The notes under the pieces: model-generated | What the model was told of the DNA's origin: nothing | What the model saw: only the letters and a program-made list of their open reading frames with translations | Databases searched by the model: none | Shown: in pieces, positions 40,146 through 53,214 of the stretch | How the letters are laid out: each line of letters begins with the position of its first letter | Numbering within the stretch: the first letter of the stretch is position 1 | Source of the DNA: Squalus acanthias | Taxonomy: Eukaryota | NCBI GenBank assembly: GCA_030390025.1 | Contig: CM059432.1 | Span: forward strand, 47,246,001 to 47,310,000 | DNA: 64,000 nt | Direction: 5' to 3' | Translations under genes and position numbers: made by a program

Positions 40146-40877
40146 TTAAGAAGCAAGAAAACATTTGCTAGAAATGATTATAAAACAGAACACAGATCCT
40201 TAATGTAACCCCATCAATGCTGAATGAAGTCCATGTTAATTGTTGTATTAAGAGTGGAACTCCTCAGCTTTGCTCCCCAAGCATTACACTTTATTTGATT
40301 AAATATTGAAGCTCATTTTTGTTTACGTTCCCCGACCAACTAATATGCTTATCTATTAACAGAACAATTGAAACAGCTATTTGCTTTTATATCCAACAAT
40401 AATGTGATTCCTAACTACAAATTCTTTTGGCACTACCATGATTTGTAAGAAGGTGTGTTTCCATGATACAGCGCCCAGTAAGGAATGCACGTCTGGAAAT
40501 CTGAGGTGTGCAGCGTGCGATTTTTCCAAAAATATCATTTTAATCTACAGAAGTCACAAGGTGCACGTCTGCAGTTTCTCAAGCTACGGTCGCTGAAAGT
40601 GTTGGTTCACAGAATCACGTTTATGGCTCAACCTAGAAATCCCACAAGACACAGTACTATCCTTTTCAAAATTGAATGAATTACTTATTTATTTACTGTT
40701 CCATTTGACAACGAGAGCATAGAGAGATTCAAAAAATATTTTCCACTCGTAAATATGTAAGTTAATTTAAAAAAAAAGGAAATATTGGAAATCTGATCAA
40801 CTGTGCATGGTTCCACACCTTCACTAATTTTAAAGCTAGTCATAGTATGAACAGCAAGGCATGTGGGAAGACTAACG

Positions 40878-41620
40878 CAACAACCACAACAAATTGCATT
40901 TATATGGCGCCTTTAACATAGTAAAACATCCCAAGGTGCTTCACAGGGGCGTTATCAAACAAAATTTGACACCGAGCCACATAAGGAGATATTAGGACAG
41001 GTAACCAATAGCTTGGCCAAAAAGGTAGTTTTTAAAGGAGAATCTTTAAAAGGAGGACAGAGAGGTAGAGATATTTAGAAAGGGAATTCTAGAGCTTAGG
41101 GCGAAGGCAGCTGAATGCATGACCGCCAATGGTGGAGCGATTAAAATCGGGAATGCGCAAGAGGCCAGAATTGGAGGAGCACAGAGCTCTTGGAGGGTTG
41201 TAGGGCTGGAGGTGGTGATAGAGATATAGTGGGGCGAGGCTAAGGAGGGATTTGAAAATAAGGATGCGAATTTTAAAATCGAGATGTTGCCGGATTGGGA
41301 GCCAATGTAGGTCAGCGAGCAGAGAAGTGATGGGTAAACAGAACTTGATGCGAGTTAAGACACGGGCAGCAGATTTTTATTAGATCAAGTTTACGGAGGG
41401 TACAAGGTCGGAGTGCATTGGAATGGTTGAGTCTAGCGGCAACAAAGGCATGGATGAAGGTTGCAGCAGCAGATGAGATGAGGCAGGGGCAGAGTTGAGC
41501 GATGTTACACAGGTGGAAGTAGGCAGTCTTGGTGATGGAGATGATATGGGATTGGAAGCTCAGCTCAGGGTCAAATAGGACACCAAGGTTGCAAATGGTC
41601 CGGTTCAGCCTGAGACACCT
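40878..41620 (-). mobile_element. L2 3' fragment
   Basis: NLGVLFDPELSF..HI..ITKTAYFHL.NIA motif; (caa)n tail at about 40880. Confidence 0.85.
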
Positions 41621-42901
41621 CCATGGAGTGAAGTAGAGGTTTAATTTCCCCACAGTGGCCAACCAGCAAATGCCTCAGAATTGGTCATGGTAGATGCTGC
41701 CACCTTCTCCATAGATGGAAGATTAAAGCATCCCCATCATGCGACTGTGGAGTTCCTAATCAGACCCTGGAGCACATCATTGAGCACTGCCCTCAGAGGA
41801 AATTCGCAGGCAGCCTACAAGATATCCATGCTGTTACACCGGAAGCTTGGACCTGGATATCGGACTTAAATACTGACATTTGATTTGCTTTGCTACTACC
41901 ATACGAAAGAAGAATTTCCCCACGCCACTGATTTCCTGATCTCAGTCATGCCTTTGTGGGGAGATGCTGCGCTGAAGAAAGAGTTGCTTCCAGGCTGCTG
42001 TCATGCATCTATTAGTGGCCATTTCACACTGGCGGAAGCATAGAGCAGATGGCTCACTCAGTCACATATGACACGCGGTATAACAAAAGAAAACAGTGGG
42101 AGTATGTCGTAGGATATACGACACGGACAAAGGCCATTCGGCCTAACCAGTCCATGCCCTTCATGAAAAAAATTCCACATAGGACGCTTATTACTTTTCC
42201 AGCACTTAGGTGAATGAAGTTGTTATAGAGTGAACATATAAAAGACTAAAAGGTACATATATTACACAAGCATGCATACACGCTCATAAGGGCTGGTGCA
42301 ACAACACAATGCAGTACAGTGATGACACAGATGAATGCTGCAGTTAGCTGAACGTTGGGAGGTATCAACTAGAGGTCAAGCACTACCAATCCACGGGTAA
42401 GGAGAAATTATTGGGACCGACACACAATCCATTACTCAGTAGGAAATCAGTTTTCTTGCCTTGGTATGCGATGTGGGATAAAATAAAGCGCAGAACAAAC
42501 CAATAAAAGCAAATCAAGTGGTTTGTATTAATACAACCAGGTCATTTGTCTGGTAAATATTAATGTAAACTTCGTTTCTAGGGCCCAGTTTGTTTGCTGT
42601 TCTCAATTTAGACCACTGCTTCCAAGAAAGTAAAATGGCAAGAAAACAAAATGGGAAGAGAGAGTAACAATGAGAAAACTGAAGAAAGTTAAGGATGAAA
42701 GTAAACTCCCAAGGATTAGAACTAATGAGGCCAAGATCATTAATTGGTTGCAGAAACTGTATTAATTTCAACTCATTAAAAAAAATAGATGGAGTGCGGA
42801 AAAAAAAAATCACCTACACTCTCATTTTCATTCCCAAAAACAGACTGCAAACATCGGTCAACATTCTTCATCAGTTTTATAAACTTGAACAATTTACTCA
42901 C

Positions 42902-42961
42902 AATGAAGTTCATCTGACAGCCACCCATAATGTAGTCCAAGAAAGAGTACTCTTTCACAAT
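42902..42961 (-). CDS. CPNE3: Copine exon IVKEYSFLDYIMGGCQMNFI
   Basis: 60 nt, cag/gtgagt boundaries; FLDYIMGGCQ motif. Confidence 0.94.
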
Positions 42962-43039
42962 CTGCAAAAAATATTTAGAATTTTAAAATCAGCATTTGTC
43001 AAATTTTCTGTGTAATACATTGATGATCTATTAATCAGA

Positions 43040-46000
43040 GTCATAACGGCACAGAAGGAGGCCATTCGGCCCATCGAGTCCATGCCAGCTCTCTGGAGAG
43101 CAATCCAGTCAGTCCCATTCCCCTGCTCTATCCCCGTAGCCCTGCAAGTTTATTTCACTCAAGTGCCTATCCAGTCTCCCCTTGAAAACATTGAGTGTCT
43201 CGGCTTCCACCACTTCCGTCGGCAGCGAGTTCCAGGTCCTCACACTCACTGCGTAAATTTTTTTTTAATCATCACATCCCCCGTATCTCTTGCCCGAAAC
43301 CTTAAATCTGTGTCCCCTAGTCCTTGTACCATCAACTAGTGGGAACAGCCTTTCCCCATCTAGCCTATCCAAACCCGTCATAATCTTGTACACCTCTATC
43401 AAATCACCTCTCAACCTCCTTTGATCTAATGAAAACAAATCCAGCTTCTCCAACCTGTCCTTGTAGCTAAGATCCCTCATCCCCGGAACCGTTCTGGTAA
43501 ATCTCCTCTGCACCCTCTTAAGGGCCTTCACATCCTTCCTAAAGTGTGGTGACCAGAACTGGACGCAATACTTCAGTTGTGGCCTAACCAGCACTTTATA
43601 AAGGTTCAGCATAACTTCTCTACTATTGCACTCAATACCTCTATTTATGAAACCCAAGATCCCATATGGTTTGCAAACCACTCTCTCAATATGTCCCGCC
43701 ACCTTCAGGGACCTATGCACATTAACTCCCAGGTCCCTCTGTCCCTGCACACTCTTTAAAACTGTGCCATTAAGTGTATATTGCCTCTCCCTGTTCCTTC
43801 TGCCAAAACGCATCACCCCTCACTTCTGTATTAAATTCCATCTGCTACTTGTCTGCCCGTTCTGCTAGCCTTTCTATGTCCTGTTGCAGTCGATTGGTTT
43901 CATCTTCACTGTTTGCCACATCCACAAGTTTGGTGTCATCGGCAAATTTAGAAATTCTACTCTGTATTCCAATATCCAGATCATTTATAGATATCAAAAA
44001 AAGCAGTGGTCCCAGCACTGACCCTTGGGGAACACCACTGTCTACCATCCTCCAGTCTGAAAAACAGCCATTTACCACATCTCGCTGTTTTCTGTCCTTA
44101 AGCCAATTCCTTATCCAAGCTGCCACTGACCCATCTATTCTATGAGCCTCAATTTTGTTAACCAGCCTTCTATGTGGTACTTTGTCAAATGCCTTCCTAA
44201 AATCCATGTGGACAACATCCATTGCATTCCCTTCATTAATCATCCCTGTTACTTCATCAAAAAATTCAATTAGATTAGTCAAACACGATCTGCCTTTTAT
44301 AAATCTGTGTTGGCTCTCCTTAATTAGCTTAAACCTCTCCAAGTGCCCATTAATTTTTTCCTTGATTATTGTTTCAAAAATTTTACCCACCACTGATGTT
44401 AAACTGACCGGCCTGTAGTTACTAGGATTGTCTTTACACCCTTTCTTGAACAATGGTGTCACATTTGCCATTTTCCAATCCTCAGGCACCTCCCCCGCAT
44501 CTAGGGAAGATTGGAAAATTATGGCAAGCCCTTCCGCTATCTCCTCCCCCAATTCCCTTAGCAACCTGGGATGCAAGCCATCTGGACCAGGCGACTTACC
44601 CACTCTAAGCATACCCAGCCTTTCTAGTGCAATCTGTCTATCAATTTTCACCCCTTCCATTGCTTCTACCTTTTCCACTTCTACCAATATTTTGTCAGCA
44701 TCCACCTCCTTAGTAAACACCGATAAAAAGTACTCATTGAGTATTCTAGCCTTGCCCTGCGCCTCTAAGCATATATCACCTTCTTTGTCCCTAATAGGCC
44801 CCACCCCACCTCTTACTACCCACTTACTGTTTACATGCCGGTAGAAGATTTTTGGGTTCCCTTTTATGTTAACCACCATTCTACTCAAATTCTCTCTTTG
44901 CCAATCTTATTTTCATCTTCACTTCCCCTCTCAACTTATTGTATTTGGTCTAGTTCTCCCTTGAAGAATTCACCTGACATGCATCATGCACCCTCTTTTT
45001 TTGTTTCATCATCTTCTCTATCTCCCTCATCATCCAAGGAGCCCTTGCTTTGGTTCCTTTACCCTTCCCTCTTGTTGGACTGTACCTAGCCTGTACTTGG
45101 AACATCTCCTCCTTAAAGATCACCCATTGTTCCGTTACAGTTTTTCCTGTCAGTCTTTGGTTCCATTTTACCCTGGCTAGATCCTTTCGCATCCCATTGA
45201 AGTTAGCCCTATTCCAGTTTAGAAGTTAGCCCTATTCCAGTTTAGAAGTTCCACTCTAGATTGTTCCTTGCTCCTCTCCATTGCTAATCTAATTCTTATG
45301 ATACGATGATCACTCGTACCCAAGTGTTCTCCCACAGACACTTGGTTGACCTGGCCCACCTCATTCCCCAGCACCAGATCCAGCAGTGCCTCCTTCCTAG
45401 TTGGGCCAAGAACATACTGGTCAAGGAAATTCTCCTGAACACATTTCAGAAATTCCTCCCCCTCCTTTCCCTTTACCCTAGCATTATTCCAATTGATATT
45501 TGGGTAATTAAAGTCCCCCAATACCACTCTATAGCTCTTGCATATCGCTGCAATTTCCCTGCAGATTTGCTCCTCTACCTCCCTCTCACTATTTGGAGGT
45601 CTGTAGAATACTCCCAATAGTGTGATCATACCCTTTTTGCTCCTCAACTCGAACCAAATGGATTCTGTCCTCGTCCCCTCAAGAACATCCTCCCTTTCCA
45701 ACACTACAATGTCTTCCTTAATCAGCACTGCCACCCCACCTCCCTTTTTCCCTTCCCCATCTTTTCTGAACACCTTGCACCCTTGAATATTAAGTGCCCA
45801 GTTCTCAACGTTTTTAAGCCACGTTTCCGTTATTGCCACAACATCATATTGCCACACGGCTAATTGTGCTTGTAGCTCACCAACCTTATTCACCACACTT
45901 TGTGTGTTTACGTACATGCATTCTAAACCCATTTTTGAATTTTTCGTAGTCTTTCTTAGTATCTAATATGGTACTACTTCTGCATCTAGTAATATGTTCT

Positions 46001-46185
46001 TCTCTAGTACTATCCAACACACTCACTCTTTCATGCACCTTATTCCTCTTTTCTACTCCTATATGCTGGTGCCCATCACCCTGACAAGCTAGTTTAAACC
46101 CTCCCCAACAGCACTGGCAAACCTCCCGCGAGAATATTGGTCCTGGCTCTGTTGAGGTGTAACCCGTCCGGCTTGGACAGGTCTC
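43040..46185 (-). mobile_element. CR1 LINE: ORF1 C-terminus (DGLHLN, SGNH esterase) plus near-complete disrupted ORF2 (APE endonuclease and RT)
   Basis: ORFs 45219-45932 (ITETWL, GDFN, SDH), 43845-44888 (RT) and 43265-43816. Confidence 0.95.
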
Positions 46186-47344
46186 ACTCAATCCATCAAT
46201 TAATATTCTTATCTGAATATTAATATTTGTTCACTTTAAACCATTCCGTTTCAACCAGAGCGCAGTATTGCAAATCTTTAATTAATAAAGGCACTTATTA
46301 ATTGTCTCCATTGACAAATTGTCTATTGTAGCAGCAACATTGAGAAATAAAGAACTTGCATTTATATAACAGCTTTCACATCCTCAGGACTTCTCAAAGT
46401 TTGAGTGACTTGCTCCCAATTTTCTACCACTGCAGAACAGGCTACTAGGAGGTGCAACAACCTATACTGGTTAAAGACGCCATTGTCCATAATAGACATG
46501 TACCTGCCCGTGGTACTTCTCACAGCAACACAGCTGAGACTGGAAGTTTGTTGATGTGGTGGTTCATGGACACACAACCCCAAGTTCATGATGATATGTA
46601 ATGGCACTGTAATATACTCTGCCAGTGCTGTCTCACTGAAAAAAGACTAACTGACACACAAAGGAAAAGAATGCAAGATGCACCTAAATTAGTGGATCCA
46701 CTGGAGCTGAAGAAAATGTACGGGTTTGAGCACAATATACAGTAAAATAAAAGTAATCTTCCTTTTAATATATCCATAGGAAAGTAAGTACTGATCGTCA
46801 TAAACCAGGACAATGGACTTATTTAGGCTTCAGATATTTGAAAGAACAAGCTGTAACCAGCCTGATGTGGATTTGGCTCAATTTTTCTTCCAAACACAAA
46901 ACTATATTCATGGGATTTTGCAACGGCACTTTCAGTACTCAACAATGCCTTCTTGTTTTAAAAAGCATATCTTACGTTGGCAAAACCCCGTGCATTTTTT
47001 TTTTTTAAATGGAACTGTGATTTTTTTTCCAGAGGGAGGGGAGGCAGGATTTAACTGATGCTTTAATCAGAGCTCAGCTAAATAGAGGTGAGCAAACCAA
47101 AGCCAAAACAATACCAGTCAGTTCAAATTAACCCTACTCACTGCGATTTGGATAACAAGGGAAAATAATAAAAAGTTGAAACTGAAATTACCAAAGTCAA
47201 TCCAGACCAGACTGTGTTTGATTCATTTCTGCAGAAAATAACTATTTTTCATTGTGCTGCAAATAATAAAAATTTAAACATTTACATTCTGCCAAATATA
47301 TTTAGTGTCATTGAGGGAAAATAAGATACAGCCCTGCACAGTTA

Positions 47345-47602
<258 letters not shown>

Positions 47603-48375
47603 TCATGAGAAATGGATACAGCACCATCACTAAGCTGATTCATGGTATTCAGTATGAAAACAGAAACCACAGAGAATGAAAGGAATGCTATCAGTATTGA
47701 CTAATCCAACAGCATTTTTCCATGCAGATTATTTTTATATTTGGAATTACTCCTATATTAAGTTTGCCAAGAATGCTTCAAAGCTTCTTTGGAACACCAG
47801 TCTCAGTTCACTGGCAGGTTGCTGTGGGTGAAATGCAATCAGACACAAGTTCATTCCCAAAATGTGGCTGCCTGTAATGCTGAGGAGGGGAGTTTGGTCA
47901 CACCAGTGGCCTAAAATAGAGTGCTATTATCAGAGGCTTGGTTTCAGATTGAATACCCGCCCGCTCAGCCAGGAATAGTACCTTGCTGCAGAGGAAGTGG
48001 AAAAAATGGTGCATAACAGAGAAGGAGAAAACATGATTCAGTGTCAGGAATGTTTTGGTTTTGACTAAATAAATTATACATGGTATCTCCACATCAATCA
48101 AGGCCAGGATTTGATCCTAAAAGCCTCTGGTCAGAGTCCAAAACTACAGGATAGCACATTTCTTCTAACATAACAACTGTACAGGGCCAATTTCATAGTT
48201 CTGTAAACCCCCAGTCACTTACTTTAAAATGACATGTGACAAGCAATGCTAACTTGGAAAGATTTCTTGCATGAATATTTTTAAAGTCTGATTTCTACTG
48301 GAATACAATTTAAAAAAGTTACCAAAACATTATTTAAAATGACACGGTCACCCTTGTTGCACATTATTTTACTAG

Positions 48376-49010
48376 GGCCTTGAATTTACGGGATTGCAAT
48401 TACGCAGAAATGCCAAGAGTTACACCAGTTTCCCCATCGATTTGTCGACGGAAATTCACACAGAAATTTCCTGGGGAGTACATTTACCTTCACCGAAACA
48501 TTAAAACTAGTGTGAATGGGCACAAATGCAGCGTCAATTTGTGTTACACGTCTACGCGCCATTTTAAAAATGATGCCTTCGTTTCAGAAAATAAAGATTT
48601 ACTGCGGGTGTCTGTATTCTTGTCTAGTGGATTTTATTTATTTTTTAAATCAGGTAACTTGATGGAAAATCCCCATCAAATGCCAGGAATCTCCATTATG
48701 CTGAAATCAGGTGACTCTGGGTTATGCTGTATCTAAATATTTGGGCGTAGATCTATGCCACCACATTATTGCGTAAATCCAGGAAACTCCCACGAGTTGG
48801 TATTTTGCCTTGGGGATGGAGCGATGTGAATGAGTGGCAGAGGGTTTCGGTGGCTACATCTTGGAAGCGGCACAAATGATCGAGGTAATTCGCACATACC
48901 AATGTCTTAGCATTTTATGCCTGCATAAATCAGTTACCCAAAAATTCCCTTGGAAAATAAATGACAGAATATCACCCCCTATGCTAAAAATTTCCAGGAA
49001 ACTCCGGGCC
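48376..49010. mobile_element. MITE (635 bp), TSD TAG
   Basis: TIRs GGCCTTGAATTT / AAACTCCGGGCC flanked by TAG on both sides. Confidence 0.7.
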
Positions 49011-50429
49011 TAGATATTTGTAAACTGAAATCCAATGATAATCGCATAACTAATCATTCCTGTCCCCAAGTAGGCAGTCACGGTGTAGGCCTCATTGGTG
49101 TGATCGACTGAAACACTATTAAGATATTGAATCCTAATGCAGTACATGCGCCTTTCCTCTCTCTAGATACTTTAAACTATATACATATCTGCCTACTATC
49201 TATAATAAATTAAAAATTTTGCACCTTTTGTGAACTTCTTGTGTCAAAATTTTCTGTTGTGCTAATGTTTTCTATTGATTTACTGATCTGAGGCCGCCAA
49301 GCTTGGACTCCAGCTTAGGTGACACTGTGGGAACGAATATCTCAGTTTTCAGACCTTTCAGTAAGTTTATCTTTTAAATGTAATTATTTGAAATTTAGAC
49401 TTAATGTTCTTTTAACGGGGACCCCATTCATGTTGGCACTGCTGTTTGGGCAATCACTCCCACTGCTAATGTCACCCACTCCTTTGCCATCTCTCATTCG
49501 CTTATCACCTCTGCCTCGACTGTTGTTCCCACACCCCCAGCCTTCTCCCTGCGATCTTTAGCTTTAGACCTTGGCTGCTGTTTCCCACTCTTGGCATACT
49601 CTCTACTGCCTTGGGGTTCAGGCTTGGCCATTGTGCTTCCCATCCCCTCACTTGCTCCTTCCTCTTCACTGGTTTCCCAACACTAAATTGGGATACCAGC
49701 AATTTTTTGTCAGGTGTTCAACTGCATTATTAGTCAATCTCCCATGACATTGTACATAGGGAATCAAGACCAAGTGAAATCTTCAGGTGAGGTGAATAAT
49801 TGGATCACAGCATGCAGACATAATTCAATCTCCAATTTTAAAGTCATACATTGTCATTTTTATATGAAACTTTGATGGCAATTTGCATTGGAGTGAGGGT
49901 GGCCCAATCACAGTGTGGGATTGGTGGCAGTAGCTCAGTGGGGATTGATGGCAGTCGCTTGGGGGGAGGTTTACCTGTAAGAATTCTCAGCAATGATCCA
50001 GGGAGCATATTTTGTTTAAAATAAATACTCAGCAGCATTCTAAATAATGCAGATTTCCCCAAGTCACTACTCAGGAAACCTTTCCTCCCACCCGCTGCCA
50101 GAACCAGACTGCTCCCATTCCCTCCTGTGTCTTTCCCCCAGACTTTGAAAATTCATTCCAATTCCTCCCACTGCTGGTCTACTCCCTCAGAAAATGAGCA
50201 ACTGCCCTCCCATTGCTCCTACACCCAGCAGTCCCTACCCATCCCCAATGCTCCCACACTTTGCCATCCCAGCATTCCAACACCCCATTCACTTTCCCAC
50301 GATGACCATAATCAGCACCTCTCTGCCATTCATTCAAGTCCCACGACGCCCTTCAGTACTGCTATGCTGTGACGTACCTGTCTATCTACCAGTCCCTGGG
50401 GATTCCATTCTCAGTGCTCTAAACACCTG

Positions 50430-50613
50430 GGGGTGAAATTCGATTTCAGCGGTAGCACAAAACAGTCAATAACGAAATGGCAGCCGATTTTACACCCCGT
50501 ACAATTTTCTTATCCATTGAAGTCCATGGAAAAGAAAATTGGGCAGTGTGTAAAGCAGGCTGCCAATTCGCTATCGCCAGTTTTGCGTTACCGTCAAAGT
50601 CAAATTTCACCTC
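50430..50613. mobile_element. Fully palindromic MITE of about 184 bp
   Basis: GGGGTGAAATT...AATTTCACCTC with arms complementary up to the central CCATTGAAGTCCATGG. Confidence 0.8.
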
Positions 50614-51084
50614 ACTCTTGACTGTCTTTTCTTGTGCTCTCACATCCCTCAACTCAAACTTTTTCCTGGTTCAATCAGACCCTTGCAACATTACCAACCA
50701 AGCAATCACTCCAACTCCCCACTACTGCTACATACAGTTCCTGCAATCTACCGCCTACCTACCTGCAACCTGGAATATCTTCCCTACCATCTTCCTTGGT
50801 ATCCTGGGCTTTAAAAAAAGGTAAGAGGTAAAATTCAAGTACAAAAATATCACTAAAATTCCTACCATATTTTGTAATAAAAGTACAAGTTGACTTATTC
50901 AATCACCATAAATGAGTGGCCCTGATAATGTATTATACATTACACAGCATGAAACAATATATCCTTTGATTTACCACGAGCAACACCACAAGAGATCAGC
51001 TTGTAATATTTTTTTAATTTTGCATAATACACATTTCCTTTAAAGTTACGCATTTACTTCCTATAACACCATTCCAATACATCA

Positions 51085-51365
51085 TTTACATAAGAACATA
51101 AGAAATAGGAGCAGGAGTCGGCCAATTGGCCTCTCGAGCCTGCTCCGCCATTCAATAAGATCATGGCTGATCTGATCCTAACCGCCAATCTACTATCACA
51201 GAACCATCTCCTGAACCTAACAGAATTGGACACACGAAATAGGAGCAGGATCAGGCTACACGGCCCCTGGGCCCGCTACACTACCCACAGGGCCATGACT
51301 GATCCAAACCTAGACTCATGTCCAAATTCCTGCCCACTCCCCGTAACCCTTAATTCCCTTTACTT
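51085..51365 (-). mobile_element. Two adjacent CR1 3'-tail fragments
   Basis: gaaataggagcagga..ggc motif twice (about 51100 and 51236). Confidence 0.65.
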
Positions 51366-51539
51366 CTCTGTCACGCTATATTACTTAATAGGTATTATTA
51401 TACTTAATCTGCCAAGGAGTCCTCCCAGTTGTACCTCTAAGGCAGGTGGTGATATGGCCCTGTTCTCTACAGTGTTTCCTGTTGCAGATCTACCAATATG
51501 AACTAGTCACACATTGATTCCTGTCCTGCTGTCTCTCCC

Positions 51540-52935
51540 AATGCGCTAACAAAACTCTAAGCTGCCCTTCCCCTCCCCATGCCCGTTGTCCTTGGACTCG
51601 GCCGGCTATTGCTTCCTCCCACCCTGGTCCCATCCCCTAGCCCACCAAGCCAAATTGACCTAAGGTTCCCTCCCTGCCCTAGCCCTGAACTCGCATCTTT
51701 CTCTAATTTCTCTCCTATATCTCCACATACCCTCTCCGAGCTCATCTTGAACATGCTGCTCCTTCGACCCTATTCTCACCAAATTGCTGACCACCCAACT
51801 TCCTCCTGGCTTCCACGTTAGTTGATATTGTTAATGGTTCCTTCTCCTCAGGTACTGTCCTCCTCCACTTCAAATCTGCCTCATCACCCACCTCCTCAAA
51901 ATAAACACCCTTAAACATGCTGTCACCGCCCAAATCCGTGCCCATCTTTCCTGCAACTCTATGTTTGAACCCCTCCAATCAGATTTCCGCCCCTGCCATA
52001 GCAGTGAAACGGCCCTCAAAGTCATAAGTTACATCCTATGTGACTGCGACCATGGTAAACTATCCCCCCTCATCCTTCTCGTTCTGTCTGCAGCCTTTGG
52101 CACGGTTGACCACACCATCCTCCTCCAACGGCACTCCTCCATCATCTTGTTGGGTGGGACTGCCCTCGCCTGGTTCCTTTCTTATCTATCTAGTCGTAGT
52201 CAGGGAATCAGCTGCAATGGCTTCTCTTCCCACTCCTACACGGTTAGCTCTGGAGACCCTGAGGATCTAACCTTGGCCCCCCTCTTGTTTCTCATCGACT
52301 TGCTGCCCCTCGTCAACATCATCTGAAAACACAATGTCAGGTTCCACGTGTACGCTGACGATACCCAGCTCGACCTCACCGCCTCCTCTCTTGACCCCCC
52401 CCACTGTTTCTGATTTGTCATGCTGCTTGTCCGACATCCAGTCCTGAATGAGCAGAAATTCCCTCCAACTAAATATTGTGAAATCCAAAGTCATTGTCTT
52501 GAGTCCCCGCCACTGACTCCATCCATCTGCCGGACGCTGAGCCAGACTGTTCAAAACCTTGGCGTCCGATGTGACCCCGAGATGAGCTGCCAACCACATA
52601 TCTGCTCCATCACCAAGACCGCCTACTTCCACCTCCGTAACATCGGCCGTCTCTACCCCGCCTCAGCTCCTCTGCTACAGATGCCCTCATCTGTGCCTTT
52701 GTTGCCTTTAAACTGGACTATTCCAATGCTCTCCCGGCTGGCCTCCATAAACGTGAACTCATCCAAAACTCTGCTGCCCGTATCCTAACTCACACCAAGT
52801 CCCGTTCACCCATCACCCCTGTTCTCACTGATCTATATTGGCTCCCGGTCCGGCAACACCTCAATTTTAAAACTCTCAATCTGGTTTTCAAATCCTTCCA
52901 TGGCCTTGCCCTTCCCTATCTCCGTAACTTGCTGT
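51540..52935 (+). mobile_element. L2 LINE, degraded RT
   Basis: QSDFRPCHSSETAL, LSAAFGTVDH and YADDTQL. Confidence 0.88.
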
Positions 52936-52937
52936 AA

Positions 52938-53037
52938 TTGGGTACAGTAGGATAGTGGTTATGTTACTGGACTAGTAATCCAGAGGCCGGGACTAATGAT
53001 CCGGAGACATGAGTGCAATTCCCAACATGGCAGCTGC
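52938..53037 (+). mobile_element. 5' head of a second tRNA-derived SINE family
   Basis: A-box-like taggatagtgg and degenerate B box. Confidence 0.45.
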
Positions 53038-53214
53038 CCTTATTTCAAGATCTTCATTCACATTATCAAGTTTCGCCAGCCATATGACCCAACCTACACC
53101 CTTTGTTCCTCTGACTTTAGCGTACTAATTATTCCCCACATCCTCTGTTCACATCATAGACCAAGATGCTCTACTCTCTGGAATTCTTTTCCAAAACCAC
53201 TTGGCCTTACTTGG

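Noticed and set aside
43845..45932. 347-aa RT and 237-aa endonuclease ORFs as an active element or novel RT system
   Set aside because: Ordinary CR1 ORF2, broken by several frameshifts and 5'-truncated.
46588..46640. ATGATGA...CTGA as a C/D snoRNA (also 34628-34662)
   Set aside because: Too short, wrong strand for the host intron, and no terminal stem.
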